The notes under the pieces: generated by a model
Told to the model about the DNA's origin: nothing
Seen by the model: the letters and a program-made list of their open reading frames with translations, nothing else
Database searches by the model: none
DNA from: Dimorphilus gyrociliatus
Lineage: Eukaryota; Animalia; Annelida
Direction of reading: 5' to 3'
Length of the DNA stretch: 64,000 nt
Assembly: GCA_904063045.1 (NCBI GenBank)
Contig: CAJFCJ010000001.1
Span: forward strand, 1,674,001-1,738,000
Shown here: in pieces, positions 1-14,096 of the stretch
How the letters are laid out: every line of letters begins with the position of its first letter
How positions within the stretch are numbered: position 1 is the first letter of the stretch
Position numbers and translations under genes: made by a program

Positions 1-445
1 GCTCCAATAGCAGCGCTCTGAAATCTTAGGTCCGTTTTGAAATATTGCGCAATTTCCTTCACTAGTCTTTGGAATGGTAGTTTTCGGATGAGATTTTCAG
101 TGCTCTTCTGGTATTTTCTGATTTCCCTATAATTGTTGAAAATTGATCTATTAGGTTTGTACTCACAAGGAAGACAACTTTTACATGATTTCACTAAAAG
201 ATAAGAGTTGGAGGAAGGTTCGTGAAAAATTGTTCACTTATAAATGTTAAGGTATTTACACCCCTATAACCAACGAACCTAGCCATGTTTGATATATACC
301 TCAGAGCAACAGTGCCAGGTCGGAATCTATGAGGTTTCTTGACTCCCCCCAAATAAGGAGCAGTCTTCTTTGCTACTTTCACAGCAAGACGTCCTTTAGT
401 ACAACCTGATATTGTCTTACGAGCGGTGTTCTTTGTTCTTACCAT
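1..445 (-). CDS. Divergent histone H3.3-like variant; exons 445-300 and 126-<1, runs off the window edge
   Basis: Spliced translation (GT at 299, AG at 128-127) gives [91 protein letters not shown]. It has an H3 fold and the H3.3-type AAIG motif. Confidence 0.93.
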
Positions 446-672
446 ATTCACTCAAATGTTGAACTTCTTCAAAGTAAGTTTGAGAATGATCTGTTTGTCC
501 CTCCTCTTTCCCTTTTATCTCAAAACTCCCAGAGATTAGGTAATACTTTTTCTATTTATGGATATGATGTCACATAATTTAAAGCAACAGTGAACTAATT
601 TTTAGATTTCTCAGTATCATTTCAAACTTACTTTGGTTCTAATAATTATAAATATGAGAGCCTATACATGAA

Positions 673-761
673 ATTGGTGCTAAACACCGATTGGACAATG
701 TTTTCAACTTTTTATTGGCTGAATGAGCTTACATTGGGATCCGCTGAAATGTGCTTATTGG
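673..761 (-). promoter_or_regulatory. Cluster of five CCAAT boxes upstream of the H3 variant
   Basis: ATTGG on + at 673, 690, 714, 733 and 757, just upstream of a predicted minus-strand 5' UTR intron (GTAAGT at 631, AG at 492-491). Confidence 0.55.
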
Positions 762-888
762 CTAAGAGATATTAGCTTTAAATGGACTCTATTTTTTTCA
801 ACTTTTTCAACTTTTCCAATTTGAATATTTTGATAAACTTTGCAGTAGCAATTCCAATTTTTTAATTTCAAATTTATTTACTTTTTAG

Positions 889-3072
<2,184 letters not shown>

Positions 3073-3891
3073 TTCATCTCCCTTTTTGGAATCTTTTCTC
3101 CAAGAATTCTCTCTCAAAACTTTAAACAAAAAAACTAGTGAAAAGTATTATTTTGTGACAAAGCAACAGATTTAGGAAGCAAATAAGCTTTGCACTTCTT
3201 TTATCTGTCTGAAAACGTAATTGAATTTTTTGTTCTAATTTGCTTGTTCATTGTCCTTTACAGTGAAAAAGAACACATACCACCAAAACATATCGTAGTA
3301 TCTATTTTTTTTCTATTATGATTTTTGCATAGATACTCATATTTAGCACTGAAAAGATTTGAAGGAAGAAATAATGAATATCTCCCTCTCTTAATTGTAT
3401 CTATTCATTATTGTTCAATTTGGAATCATTGTGCTTGAATCCTAAATATAAATTTATAGATTTTAAAGATGAGTCCATATTTCATTGTATTCTTGAATAT
3501 TATAAGCATAAAAGTTTGCATATCTTTATGAGTCTTGAGAAGTCATTGACGAATTTGATATTTATTTAACCCGACAATATTGAACTTCGTATTAAACACC
3601 CCCGCCTCTCAATGAAAAAGGAATTCTTTTATTATATCGATATCTAAGGCCATTGCACTGAAACTCTTTTTCAAACTTTATTCTCCATAATTCATATTCT
3701 TTTTCTAACGTTAATAAGAAAAGATTGATTTTAATAAATCTACAGCATTTTTAAAGAGTTTCCTGCAATGACTATATGGGCTATATCCAATATTTAGATT
3801 AATGAAAAAGTAATCGATAAGGTTAGTAAAATGATAAGAATAAACAGAATCTACATTATTATTTACAAAAAAAATAAAATGATATTTTTAG

Positions 3892-6800
3892 ATGGTTCTC
3901 GCAAAGTCTATCGTCGTATTTGCTTTTATTATTAGCTGCGTTAACGGTATGGTTGTCTCTTTCTATATTTTTAGTCATTGTTATTGGAAAAACTTTATTT
4001 ATAACTCATACAGGACTTTGTAGTTATCCAAAATCTTGGTCTTCTCTTCAATTTTTTAGCCGTTATGCCTCAACAAATTCGCAGGATCAGCAAGCCTATT
4101 TGTACAGGTTTATTGACGAAGTTTTTAGAAGAACTTCGCCTTCTCAATTAGGTTCTATTGGTTCTTTTTTTTATTATTTTTTGAATATACGTGCACACTC
4201 ATTTATAGATTATTCTTGTGTTGGTTCTTTTGATAATCCTTCCAGTAGTAACCGACATTTTATACTCCGTAGAGGATCTCAGGAATTTTGTCTAACAGTT
4301 CAAAATGTAGAAGGAAATGTCCTCTATTACCATTGGGTTCCAACAAAATGTAGATAAATAATTTACATCATTAATTTACCCATAATGAACCTATATGCTT
4401 TTAGCCCTATCAGTAGCATTAGACTGTCCCCCACTAACGGATTATAAAGTTGTTCCAACTAGATGGTTTGTCACTTGTAAGTTGTTTAATAATATTATTC
4501 TGTTTGATGAGTTCAATCATTAATATATCTATTTTAAAGATCCATTTACGAATTCAATAACAATTAATTGTCCATTCATTGGTGGGAGTTTTCAAGTAGA
4601 TTTTCTTACTTCGTCAAGTTCGACCTTCTGTACTGGATCATCTTCATCATCCATCTCCGTTGATGGAGATACATTGGTGGTCTCTTTATGTTCGGAAGCT
4701 GGTACGAGCAATTACAGTAAGTAAATCAACGGTTTCTCTCTCAATAGCTAAAGAAAAATTGTGAAAAATTCAGAAAATCCTGCAAATGGTCGTCTCAGAT
4801 GTGCCGGTATTGATAGTCGAGATAGTGGAAATGGTAAAACAATTCTTCTATTTACACAGGATAGTTCATTAGGCGGTTCTCAAAATAAACCAGTTTTTTA
4901 TTGTGCCGTAAGCTTTAACATAAAAATATCTTATTACAGATTAATAGTCATAATCTATCGTTTCCATCATTTAGAGATATCGAATACAATCGTCGTATAA
5001 TTTCTTATCTCTGAAAGTTGGAACAGAACCTGGAACTGACTTTATAGAATGCTCTCAAAATCACAGATATGATACAGCTCAAACTGGATCATACATTACT
5101 TATCGTTGGTCAAATCAAGGTGAATTAAAGTTGAATATTTTTTATCATGTCTATACAATTGATTTCTTTTTTCGTACTTCAGCTATAAATATATGCAATC
5201 CCAATCCTTGTCGAAATGGTGGCAAGTGTACTATAGAATCATCAAATAATTTCAGATGCGAATGCGTTGGATTATATATTGGAAATATCTGTCAAACAAG
5301 TATTTTATCTACTAAGATCATGTCTATATATATTTAATATTTATACTGTTTGAATTTAAAGGATTCGATCCATGCGATAATAATGTATGTTTGAACGGAG
5401 CAACATGTAACGCTATTGCACCCAATCAAGTCAACTGTATATGTACAAGTGAATATACTGGACAAAGATGCGATATAAGTAAGAGTAAACGGATATCTTT
5501 ATATCAAGTATCACTTTCTTATTATTATCAATTGAATCTTTAGGAAGAAATTTATGCGATCCAAATCCATGTCAAAATGAAGGAGACTGTCTTATTGTAT
5601 CTGGTGAATTAGTTTGCCGTTGTAGGGCTGGTTATTCTGGATCAAGATGCGAAACAGCACCTCTACCATGTTCATTTAAGCCGTGTAAAAATGGTGGATT
5701 GTGTGATAATTTAGATAGTGGATTTCTCTGCATATGCCCACTAACACATACTGGGCAAACTTGTGAAATTTGTATGAAAGTTTAAATTATATTGCGATGT
5801 TCACAATATCCAATTTTATTCTTTTTCTTCTTCCTTTTCATCTCTTCCACAGATAATTGTATACGACAAAAACCGTGTTTGAATAATGGAATCTGTCGAA
5901 GTGTTTGTGTTCATTTTCAATGTAAAGATTAACAAGTTTATTTCCTCTTTTCTAATTTATCTAGGAGGGGTCGGACTTCTATTGCGAATGTCCTGGAGGT
6001 TATTCTGGAAAAATTTGTGATATCTGTATGAAATAGTCAAAATAGTTATTTTCGTAGAAAAAATTTTCATCTAGTTTCTTTTCTTTTTTATTATTTTCCA
6101 CTTAAAGATAATGATCCGTGTGCTCAGATTACTTGTCTGAATGGCGGAGTTTGCAAATCACCTGGAGAATGCCAATGTACAAATGGATTTAGTGGAGACC
6201 GTTGCGAAATAGGTAAAAAATAAGTTATTACAGTTATTTATTGTTGTATGTTTAAACCAGTTTTAATTAAAGATAATCCATGTTCCCAAAATCGATGCCA
6301 TAATTCTGGAACTTGTGTTGTTAATGGAGACAATTTTAGATGCGAATGTCCGAACTCATATTCTGGAGAACTGTGTGAAATTTGTAAATAATATAGCAAT
6401 AGTATTTTTATTGAAATATTGATTATTATCTCATTGGCTATTCGAATATAGATAACAGCCGGTGTGTAAACAACCCTTGCGGAAATGGAGGAACATGTTA
6501 CGTCTCTAACGATCAACTTCAATGTCGATGCAAGCCAAACTTTCGAGGAGCTCGCTGCGAGGAGTGTTGGTATCTTATAAATACGTTATATATCAATTTA
6601 CATAAAATGTCTTTATTACAGTTGTTGATCCATGCAAACCTCAACTGTGTAATAACGGTACTTGTAGTACAACGGATATTGGTTATGAATGCGCTTGTTT
6701 TCCAAATTACAAAGGGTTGAATTGCCAACATTGTAAGGGAAGGATAAAATATACTTCAACTGTAAACGTTCAGTTTCCTTTTATAATAGATGTTTCTCCG

Positions 6801-9800
6801 TGTTCCTGTAATCCTTGTCGATACAATGGAAAATGCAAAGTGCTAGATAATGATTTTGCATGCGATTGCCTGGAAAACTTTTCGGGTAAAAGCTGCCAAT
6901 TTTGGTCTTCACCCTGCCTTAAAAATCCCTGCAGTACCAATGGAGAGTGTATATCTCACATATCAAGTGGAACTACATTCAGATGTTCCTGCCGAAATGG
7001 TTATACTGGTGAAAAGTGTGAAATAGGTACCTATATTAACTATTATTTGAAGGAAAATTTTGAAATAATACCTACATTTATCAAATAGCACCAGATCCTT
7101 GTGTTGTTAAACAACCTTGCCTATCTCAAGGAACCTGTGTGAGAGAGGGTAATGAGGATTACAAATGCCTTTGTCTAAGCCATCTCACTGGTTTGATTCC
7201 TAATTAATCGAAATTTAATTTGTAAATTTCCTAATTAATTGAATGATTTATGCTTCAGGCGTCAACTGTGAAACGGAAATAAGACCTTGTTTGACAGGTG
7301 TTTGTAAAAATGGAGGTCGCTGTAATGAATTTCCGCTTGCAAAATATAACTGCTCATGTGCTAGAGGGTTTACGGGAGATAACTGTGAAATAGGTAAAAA
7401 GCATATGAATAATTGTAGGCCAATAAAAATAAACGACTGCATATTCAGAGCTGGATCCTTGCGCGGTTGCTCCCTGCCTAAATGGTGGGGAATGTATAAA
7501 AGTTTCAGGGGTATATGACTACTTTTGTACTTGTATAAATGGTTTTGAAGGACAACATTGCCAAAATGGTAAATTTTTCATTGGCGAACATTTATAGAAA
7601 TTTTAACTAGACATAAATTACTATTAACAGATCCTAATCCATGTGCATCTTTACCGTGCAGTACTGCAGGAACTTGCAAAAATGTTCCAGGAAAGAATGA
7701 ATATATTTGTGACTGTAAAAAGGATAGAGGTGGATCTAATTGCGAAATTCGTAAGAAATTTAATTTGGAGTCATATTCTGTCTTATTATTATGAATTTTT
7801 CCATCTCATATTTAGCTCTCTGTCAATACGACAATATCTTATTATTCCCTCTTCAATGGTGGATAAGTTATAATATCACATTTAAAAAAATAGAAACCAA
7901 TTTACAATTTTTCTTCGAATATGAGTCTGTTCACGGCAAAGCTCCAAATTTTGAAGCTTCTGATGCCATTGGTAAAAAAAATTGATAATCCATGTAAAAA
8001 CAAACTTAATGGAAATAATAATATTTTTCACCCTTTAACAATAGAAAAATATCAGTGCTTTGACAAATATTACTTTCAAGAACGTTCTTATTCAATCGAA
8101 TTAAAAGTTTCGAACGAAGATCGATTTTGTGTTGAATATATTGATAAAGCTACCAATGTATTGTTAGTGCGTAAATCACCAATTAGTAAGTTTAAGTATT
8201 GCTTGCCATAAATGTTTACTTTTTTCAATATTTTATTATAAAATTACAGGTAAAACAACTGAAGCTACAACGTGTCCTTCTTACATATCGAAAATAATGA
8301 ACATAGATGTTCAATTAGCTTGTTTGTATTGCACTTAAATTCTTTAATAAATGTATTAATTAATTAAATCCTAGATCCTTTTAATTATTTTTCCAAAACG
8401 ACTAAATGTCCTTTCGCTAATGGAGTTTTTCAAGCTGAATTTGATGAATCTACCTCCAGAAAGAACCTTTGTCGGAATTTAGAAACTTCAAGGTTACAAG
8501 TACAAGGAGCAAAATTATTACTTGATTTCTGCGAAAATAGCGATACTTACGGTATATTCGATTATTATTAATAAATAATATATATTAATTAATAACTAAT
8601 TAGAAAAACCATACAAAACGGAGTTAACTTGTCTCAGCGATTGGAAAGGGAATTTATACGATAAAACTTGGGAAAATAAGGGAAATTTCATAATTTTAGC
8701 CTATCCAAATAAGAATAACGGCAGATGGCAGTTCTACTGTGCTGTAGGTGTTGTTGTTTTTTTCTTTTTTTATCAAAAAATGTAACGTTTCTTTTTACCA
8801 ATTAAAATAAATCTTTTGCAGCGGTATCGAATTGAGAATGACGTGACCTACTTTTCTTTAAACACTAATCAAGAAGATATATTAAGATGTAACATTGCAA
8901 AACAGTACGATTCTTTTGGTAGTGGATACATAGCTATACGATTTAAAAGTTAGTGTTAATAATATCTAGAATAAGTATAATAATTAAAGATAATAAATTC
9001 CATTTAATTATAGAATTTATATCGACAACAACTAAGCTTATTACAACTACAACAAAACCAACAACCCCATCAACGACTACTAAAGCATTAATTAAATGTA
9101 ATCAACTATGCCTTAATGGAGGGACATGTTTTATAATCGACGGTTTAGAACAATGTATGTGTCAAGCAGGATTTGGAGGGGAATTTTGTTTAGAAGGTAA
9201 AAGATGATTTCAAAAATATATAGAAAATATTTAGCATATTTAATATCTTTCCATTCAAATAGCATATATAGAGGGTCGTTGTTCGGAGGACAGCTGTTCA
9301 CTATTGCAAACTGAGAGATGCGAAAATCGGGGAAATGATCATTATAAATGCGTAATTAATAATATAATTTAACATTTAGATAATTAACGTTAAATATTCA
9401 TTTCTTTTACTTCTCTTTTAGTTTTGTAAACCGGGATTTTTTGGGAAAAAATGCCAAATAGGTTCGTAGAAAAATTAAATCTAAATAACCAATTTAAATG
9501 GTTTATTAAAATATTTTTATAGAAACTGTTCCTGGACAATGTACGAATAATCGTTGCGTTCCACAGAACACCGTATCATGCGAATTCTTCAGTGAAAATT
9601 ACTATTATTGTAAATGTAAACCAAAGAAAGCTGGAGCTCTATGTGAAACTGGTACGAATTATTTAAGAATCATTTTTCCTCTTAAATTGAATGATTTCCC
9701 TTCCCCTCCCCTCTCTCACCAAAAAAAATTGATCTAAATATAGATAGGTTAGCTGATAGTTGCGCCAAAAATAACCAATGCTTGATGGACAATACAGCTC

Positions 9801-12168
9801 TTTGTAGAGATTATTGGCCAAGTGCCCATTACTGTCAGGTAGGTTTTTCTTTTTTTTTTAAATATACTGACAAGATAAAATGTTACTATTTTTTAAATCT
9901 AAATTATTCATAACAAAAGTTCATTTTTCATAAATTCTTATAGTGTTCTAATGGGTTTTATGGTAATAGATGCCAATATAGTAAGTTTTTAAGAGTTCTT
10001 TAATTAAAAATGTAACAAAATCTATATATATACAATTACATATATTACGTAATAATGTTTAGATTTAATCAGCGGTGATTGCAAAAGTTCAAGCTGTTGG
10101 AAAACTTATACAAAGTCGTGTTTAAATTTTGAGTATCCATTTAAATCTTATGCGTGCATCTGCAAAACTGGATTTTCTGGAACGAGATGCGAATACCGTA
10201 AGTATTTTAAAACTATAAATCCTATAAAAACATTTTTTCTAGCTATCTATAGGCATGCTATTTCATCCAAATGTTCTAAAAGAAAATTTAGTTTAATGCT
10301 CCCTTTCTCCATGATTTTCTTAATTAATTGCATTTGAAGATATAATATTAATCTTTCTTTTTCCAAATTCTTTCTCGATTCTTCCATAATTTCTAAATTA
10401 ATTAATAACAATTGGACAAGCTTTAAATCTCTTAATTTAGACCCTAAATGTTTTGTTTTACTAATTAATTCATTCATTAAAATTCCTAATTGATAACAGC
10501 ACAATTCCAATTTTTTCCAAGCAATCTCTTTTTCGAAAATGAAACATTTCCTGTTGTTCTAAATATAAAAGGAAAGAAAAAAAAAGATAAATAATTTCAC
10601 TAGAAGCGTCTCTATTCATATTATTTCGCGAACACTTACATTATTTAACTGAATAGAGGCTTTTATATTCCTTTTTATATTTTCAGAGCGTTCTCTTAAA
10701 ATTTTATTCCTTTTTATAAAATCGTTAGATTTTAGTTTATTAAAGGTTCTTTCGCAAGAAGGGTTGCTTTTATCTTTCATTTTATCATTATTTTCCTCAT
10801 TCCATTTGTCTTGTAATCGTTGAAATTCTTGTTCTAATGTTTTTAAATCCTCGTTAACAATCTGATGAAAATTTTGTATAATTCTCTTTTCATCTGTTAA
10901 TTTATTAATTAATGCCTCTTTTAATTCATCTTCCAAAATTTCCGTCTGTACAGCTGAATCAATTAATAAACTTCGATTTTCGTCATTAACAGCATACTTA
11001 TAATTATAATCAGTTAAATGAAATTCTTTAAATATCCCTAAGTTTTCATTGATAACAGATTGATATTTGTTACGTAAAGATGCTTGTTCTTTATCAATGA
11101 ATATACTATTTCCGGATATATTTAGAAACGAAAAATCTCGATTAACATTTTTATTTTTTGCAAGTTTCTTAGTAATTTTCAATTTAAACAAACTTTTTAT
11201 TTTCTTACGTAATTTATCACTTTTATAAACATTTTGAATGAGTTTCAAATTATTGCCTGTAATAGCAGATGTACTTTTAACCTTCTTAAGAAAGTTAAAT
11301 TGAGTCGACCTTGAGAAAGGATATAAATCAGAGAGCATTTTTTACTTATTATTTTTCACCGTAAAAAAATAATATATTATGTTTATAAAATGTTTAAAAG
11401 TTGTTAAAACGATTTTATTTTCGACCTTGACACTCTTTTCTTTTTATAGAATTGAATAGCGGGATTTGCAGCGCTAATAAATGCAACTTAGCCAACACCA
11501 AAGAATGCTTACAGAGTACGAACAGCTCATACCATTGTGCATGTAACAAGGGTTATGGCGGAAACTTTTGTCAATACCGTAAAATAATTTATATGAAAGT
11601 ATTATAATTTCTAATTTTTCAAATAATTCCATAGAAATTGTGATAGGCCAACTGTGCGATAATAAGATATGTTCGATAACAAATACCGAGAAATGTCAGG
11701 AATTTCCTAACGGTTACTATTGCGACTGTAAAGCAGGTTTTTACGGTCTATTCTGTGATACCGACAGACCCCCAGGTAACTGACCGAGCTGTTAATTTAT
11801 TTGAAACGTTCAATCTTTTCCCCACTTGTTTAGATCCTTGCTTGAAGCAGTCTTGTGTAAATGGTGGCGAATGCGTTAGGCTAGACGATACAAGATTCTA
11901 CTGCAAATGCCCAGAAAATTATAACGGAGCTTCTTGCGAAATTTCCGCGCAATCTCAAACAGACGACGAAGGAAAATTCTCCGGCTATAGATTATATACA
12001 TTAATAATACTTATAATCGTTGTATCAATAGTAACGATTGCAATTATTATTATGTCAATTGCAATATCTCAGAAAAAAGCTAAAAATAAAAGGCAGCATG
12101 CCTTCGACCTGTCCGCTTTCAACCAATCAACAATATTTAGTGAAGGGAAAAATAGTGGAAAATTCTAA
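3892..12168 (+). CDS. Large multi-exon type I membrane protein with about 23 EGF-like repeats (Notch/Crumbs/fibropellin-like ectodomain, short tail)
   Basis: Signal peptide MVLAKSIVVFAFIISCVNG; Cys-containing non-EGF N-terminal block; about 15 EGF repeats (5190-7750); second non-EGF block (7815-8950); Thr-rich linker; about 8 more EGF repeats; TM helix LYTLIILIIVVSIVTIAIIIMSIAI; short basic tail. Confidence 0.88.
10247..11338 (-). CDS. Nested antisense orphan gene, about 336 aa, K/N-rich with coiled coil; exons 11338-10640 and 10558-10247
   Basis: The 240-aa and 87-aa ORFs join in frame through GTAAGT (10639) and TTTAG (10560-10559). It lies wholly inside the roughly 1.25-kb EGF-gene intron 10198-11448. 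Confidence 0.7.
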
Positions 12169-12353
12169 GATTTATAGATTTATTTGTTTATGTTTTTCTA
12201 CAACTACTTTTTGAAGCTTTTTTTTGTATGTTATAAATCTTTACATGACATTATTAAATAAACAGATCTTTATATTAATTATATAGTTCTTTATCTATTA
12301 CGTCACTTGTATTTTTTAAACATTTCTCCTCGAGTTTACTAACATTAAATCTT

Positions 12354-13706
12354 ATGGATTCCATTTTGATCGATAAGAAATTTAAATCAAAGACTGATAA
12401 AAGCGGTCTTGGCTTTGTTATCTTGTCAGTTATTCTCTTTTTATATGGTTTATATGGACTGGGTCATGGACGTTATTTTTTTTCTAGACAATACTTATTT
12501 ATTACGATAGTCGATCCGAATAGTTATAATATCCCTCTTTTATATTCTGCTTCTACATTTATTACAACACTTTGTAGTATGGTAACCTTCTCTTTAGGCC
12601 TTCAAATTTTAGCATCTTCAAAGGAACGCTTGATGAGCATCACCATCAATTTCAATTATTATTTCCTTCTAGTTTCATTAATAATAAACGTCATATCAAT
12701 TCTTTTACATTCCTATTATTTAGTTTATTTACCATCTCCCAATCAATTTTCTGCAAGTTTATTTAAAGCTATCAATAATTACTATTCTCTACCGGAAACT
12801 AAACAACTTATTGATGATATGCAATCCTATATGCAATGCTGTGGCGTGACCAACTACGAGGATTGGATAAAAAATACACAATTGACAAACTTTGATTTCC
12901 TACCATTCAGTTGTTGTAATACCCATACGTCCTATTGCGTTAAAGGTCGATTAAGTAAAGCTGCCTTTTTCCAGATTGGTTGCTCAACCGAATTAAGGAA
13001 TTCGGTTATCTATAATTACTTAATCTCCATAATTATTATAGGCTGCCTGATTTCTGGGAATTCAGCGATTCTCATTGCGATTAGATGTATATCGTCAAGA
13101 GAAAAACTAACTTTAAATAAGTCTGATAGTTTAGAAACGCTTTTGGTTGAAGAGAATAGTAATTTATCGAATTCGATCATCGCAACTTCAAATTTGCAAA
13201 GCTTAAAAATTATTAATGCCAACGAGCCTTCTACAAATAGTATCAACGATTCTTTGGAGAGACTGAAGCATAAAGATAAGATCAATCGAAAAAATTCATT
13301 AGGAAAGATAAATTTCTGCAAGATTACGCCAGTTAACCTTAACGGCAATTGTAAAAATAGATGTACTGAAGAGAAGCTGATAAATCAAGATAACCAATAC
13401 AAAAATCCATTTGCCTATATAGCTCCCAAAATTTTAGAAGACAGTCGCCTGTTCTTAAAAAAAAAGTATGAACACTCTTTCAATGCAACAGAGACGCAAG
13501 TCAATGAGAACCAGAATGCCTCCATTACAAGAAAACCTACTACTAAACATTATTCGAAGAAGTTAGATAATCGTTTCCTTATGTGTCAGTATGGCCATTA
13601 TCATCCTTTTCGAGAGTTTAACAATCTTCGAGATATCGATAAAAGTATTAACTACTTGGCACAGATTAAATATGAATATACAAAGCAATGGCTAGAAAGT
13701 ATATAG
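12354..13706 (+). CDS. Intronless tetraspanin with a C-terminal tail of about 200 aa (peripherin/RDS-like features)
   Basis: Four hydrophobic segments; large loop with QCCGxxxYxDW, PFSCC and GC; 450-aa uninterrupted ORF. Confidence 0.85.
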   Translation: MDSILIDKKFKSKTDKSGLGFVILSVILFLYGLYGLGHGRYFFSRQYLFITIVDPNSYNIPLLYSASTFITTLCSMVTFSLGLQILASSKERLMSITINFNYYFLLVSLIINVISILLHSYYLVYLPSPNQFSASLFKAINNYYSLPETKQLIDDMQSYMQCCGVTNYEDWIKNTQLTNFDFLPFSCCNTHTSYCVKGRLSKAAFFQIGCSTELRNSVIYNYLISIIIIGCLISGNSAILIAIRCISSREKLTLNKSDSLETLLVEENSNLSNSIIATSNLQSLKIINANEPSTNSINDSLERLKHKDKINRKNSLGKINFCKITPVNLNGNCKNRCTEEKLINQDNQYKNPFAYIAPKILEDSRLFLKKKYEHSFNATETQVNENQNASITRKPTTKHYSKKLDNRFLMCQYGHYHPFREFNNLRDIDKSINYLAQIKYEYTKQWLESI

Positions 13707-14096
13707 GGTAGAAAAATATTACAAACAAATTATCAATTAATTAGAATAATCAATGGGGACTTGAAAATGGAAAATAAGAACTTTTCTTATAATATTCTAC
13801 CATCTTAAATATCACATTGGTCATTTTTATCGATAGAATATTGACGAGAAAAGATTTTAAAGTGAATCGAATGACTCTATTAGGATCTAAATAAGGAAGA
13901 CAACAATATTTATAAAATTTGTTATATTCTTCCATTAAATATCACAGAATCAAAACATCTGCTGTCCTTCAGGCTTCTAGAATTATTGTTCGTATACAGC
14001 CATCCATCTGTCCAATACAAACAGAGCTTTGAAGTTTTATTAAAAACTCAAGAACAGATTTGAGAGCAGGATAGGTGATTGGAAAAGACGGTTGTG

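Noticed and set aside
194-299. ORF-track tail YISNMARF... of the H3 ORF
   Set aside because: Intron read-through; splicing restores the canonical REIRKYQKS with no frameshift.
11318-11330. ATATCCTTT on the minus strand as an AT-AC U12 donor
   Set aside because: Falls in the first codons (LYPF) of the nested ORF; no matching branch site or AC acceptor found.
5130-12000. Periodic Cys/Gly repeats as a DNA repeat array
   Set aside because: These are diverged EGF exons, not nucleotide-level tandem repeats or CRISPR.
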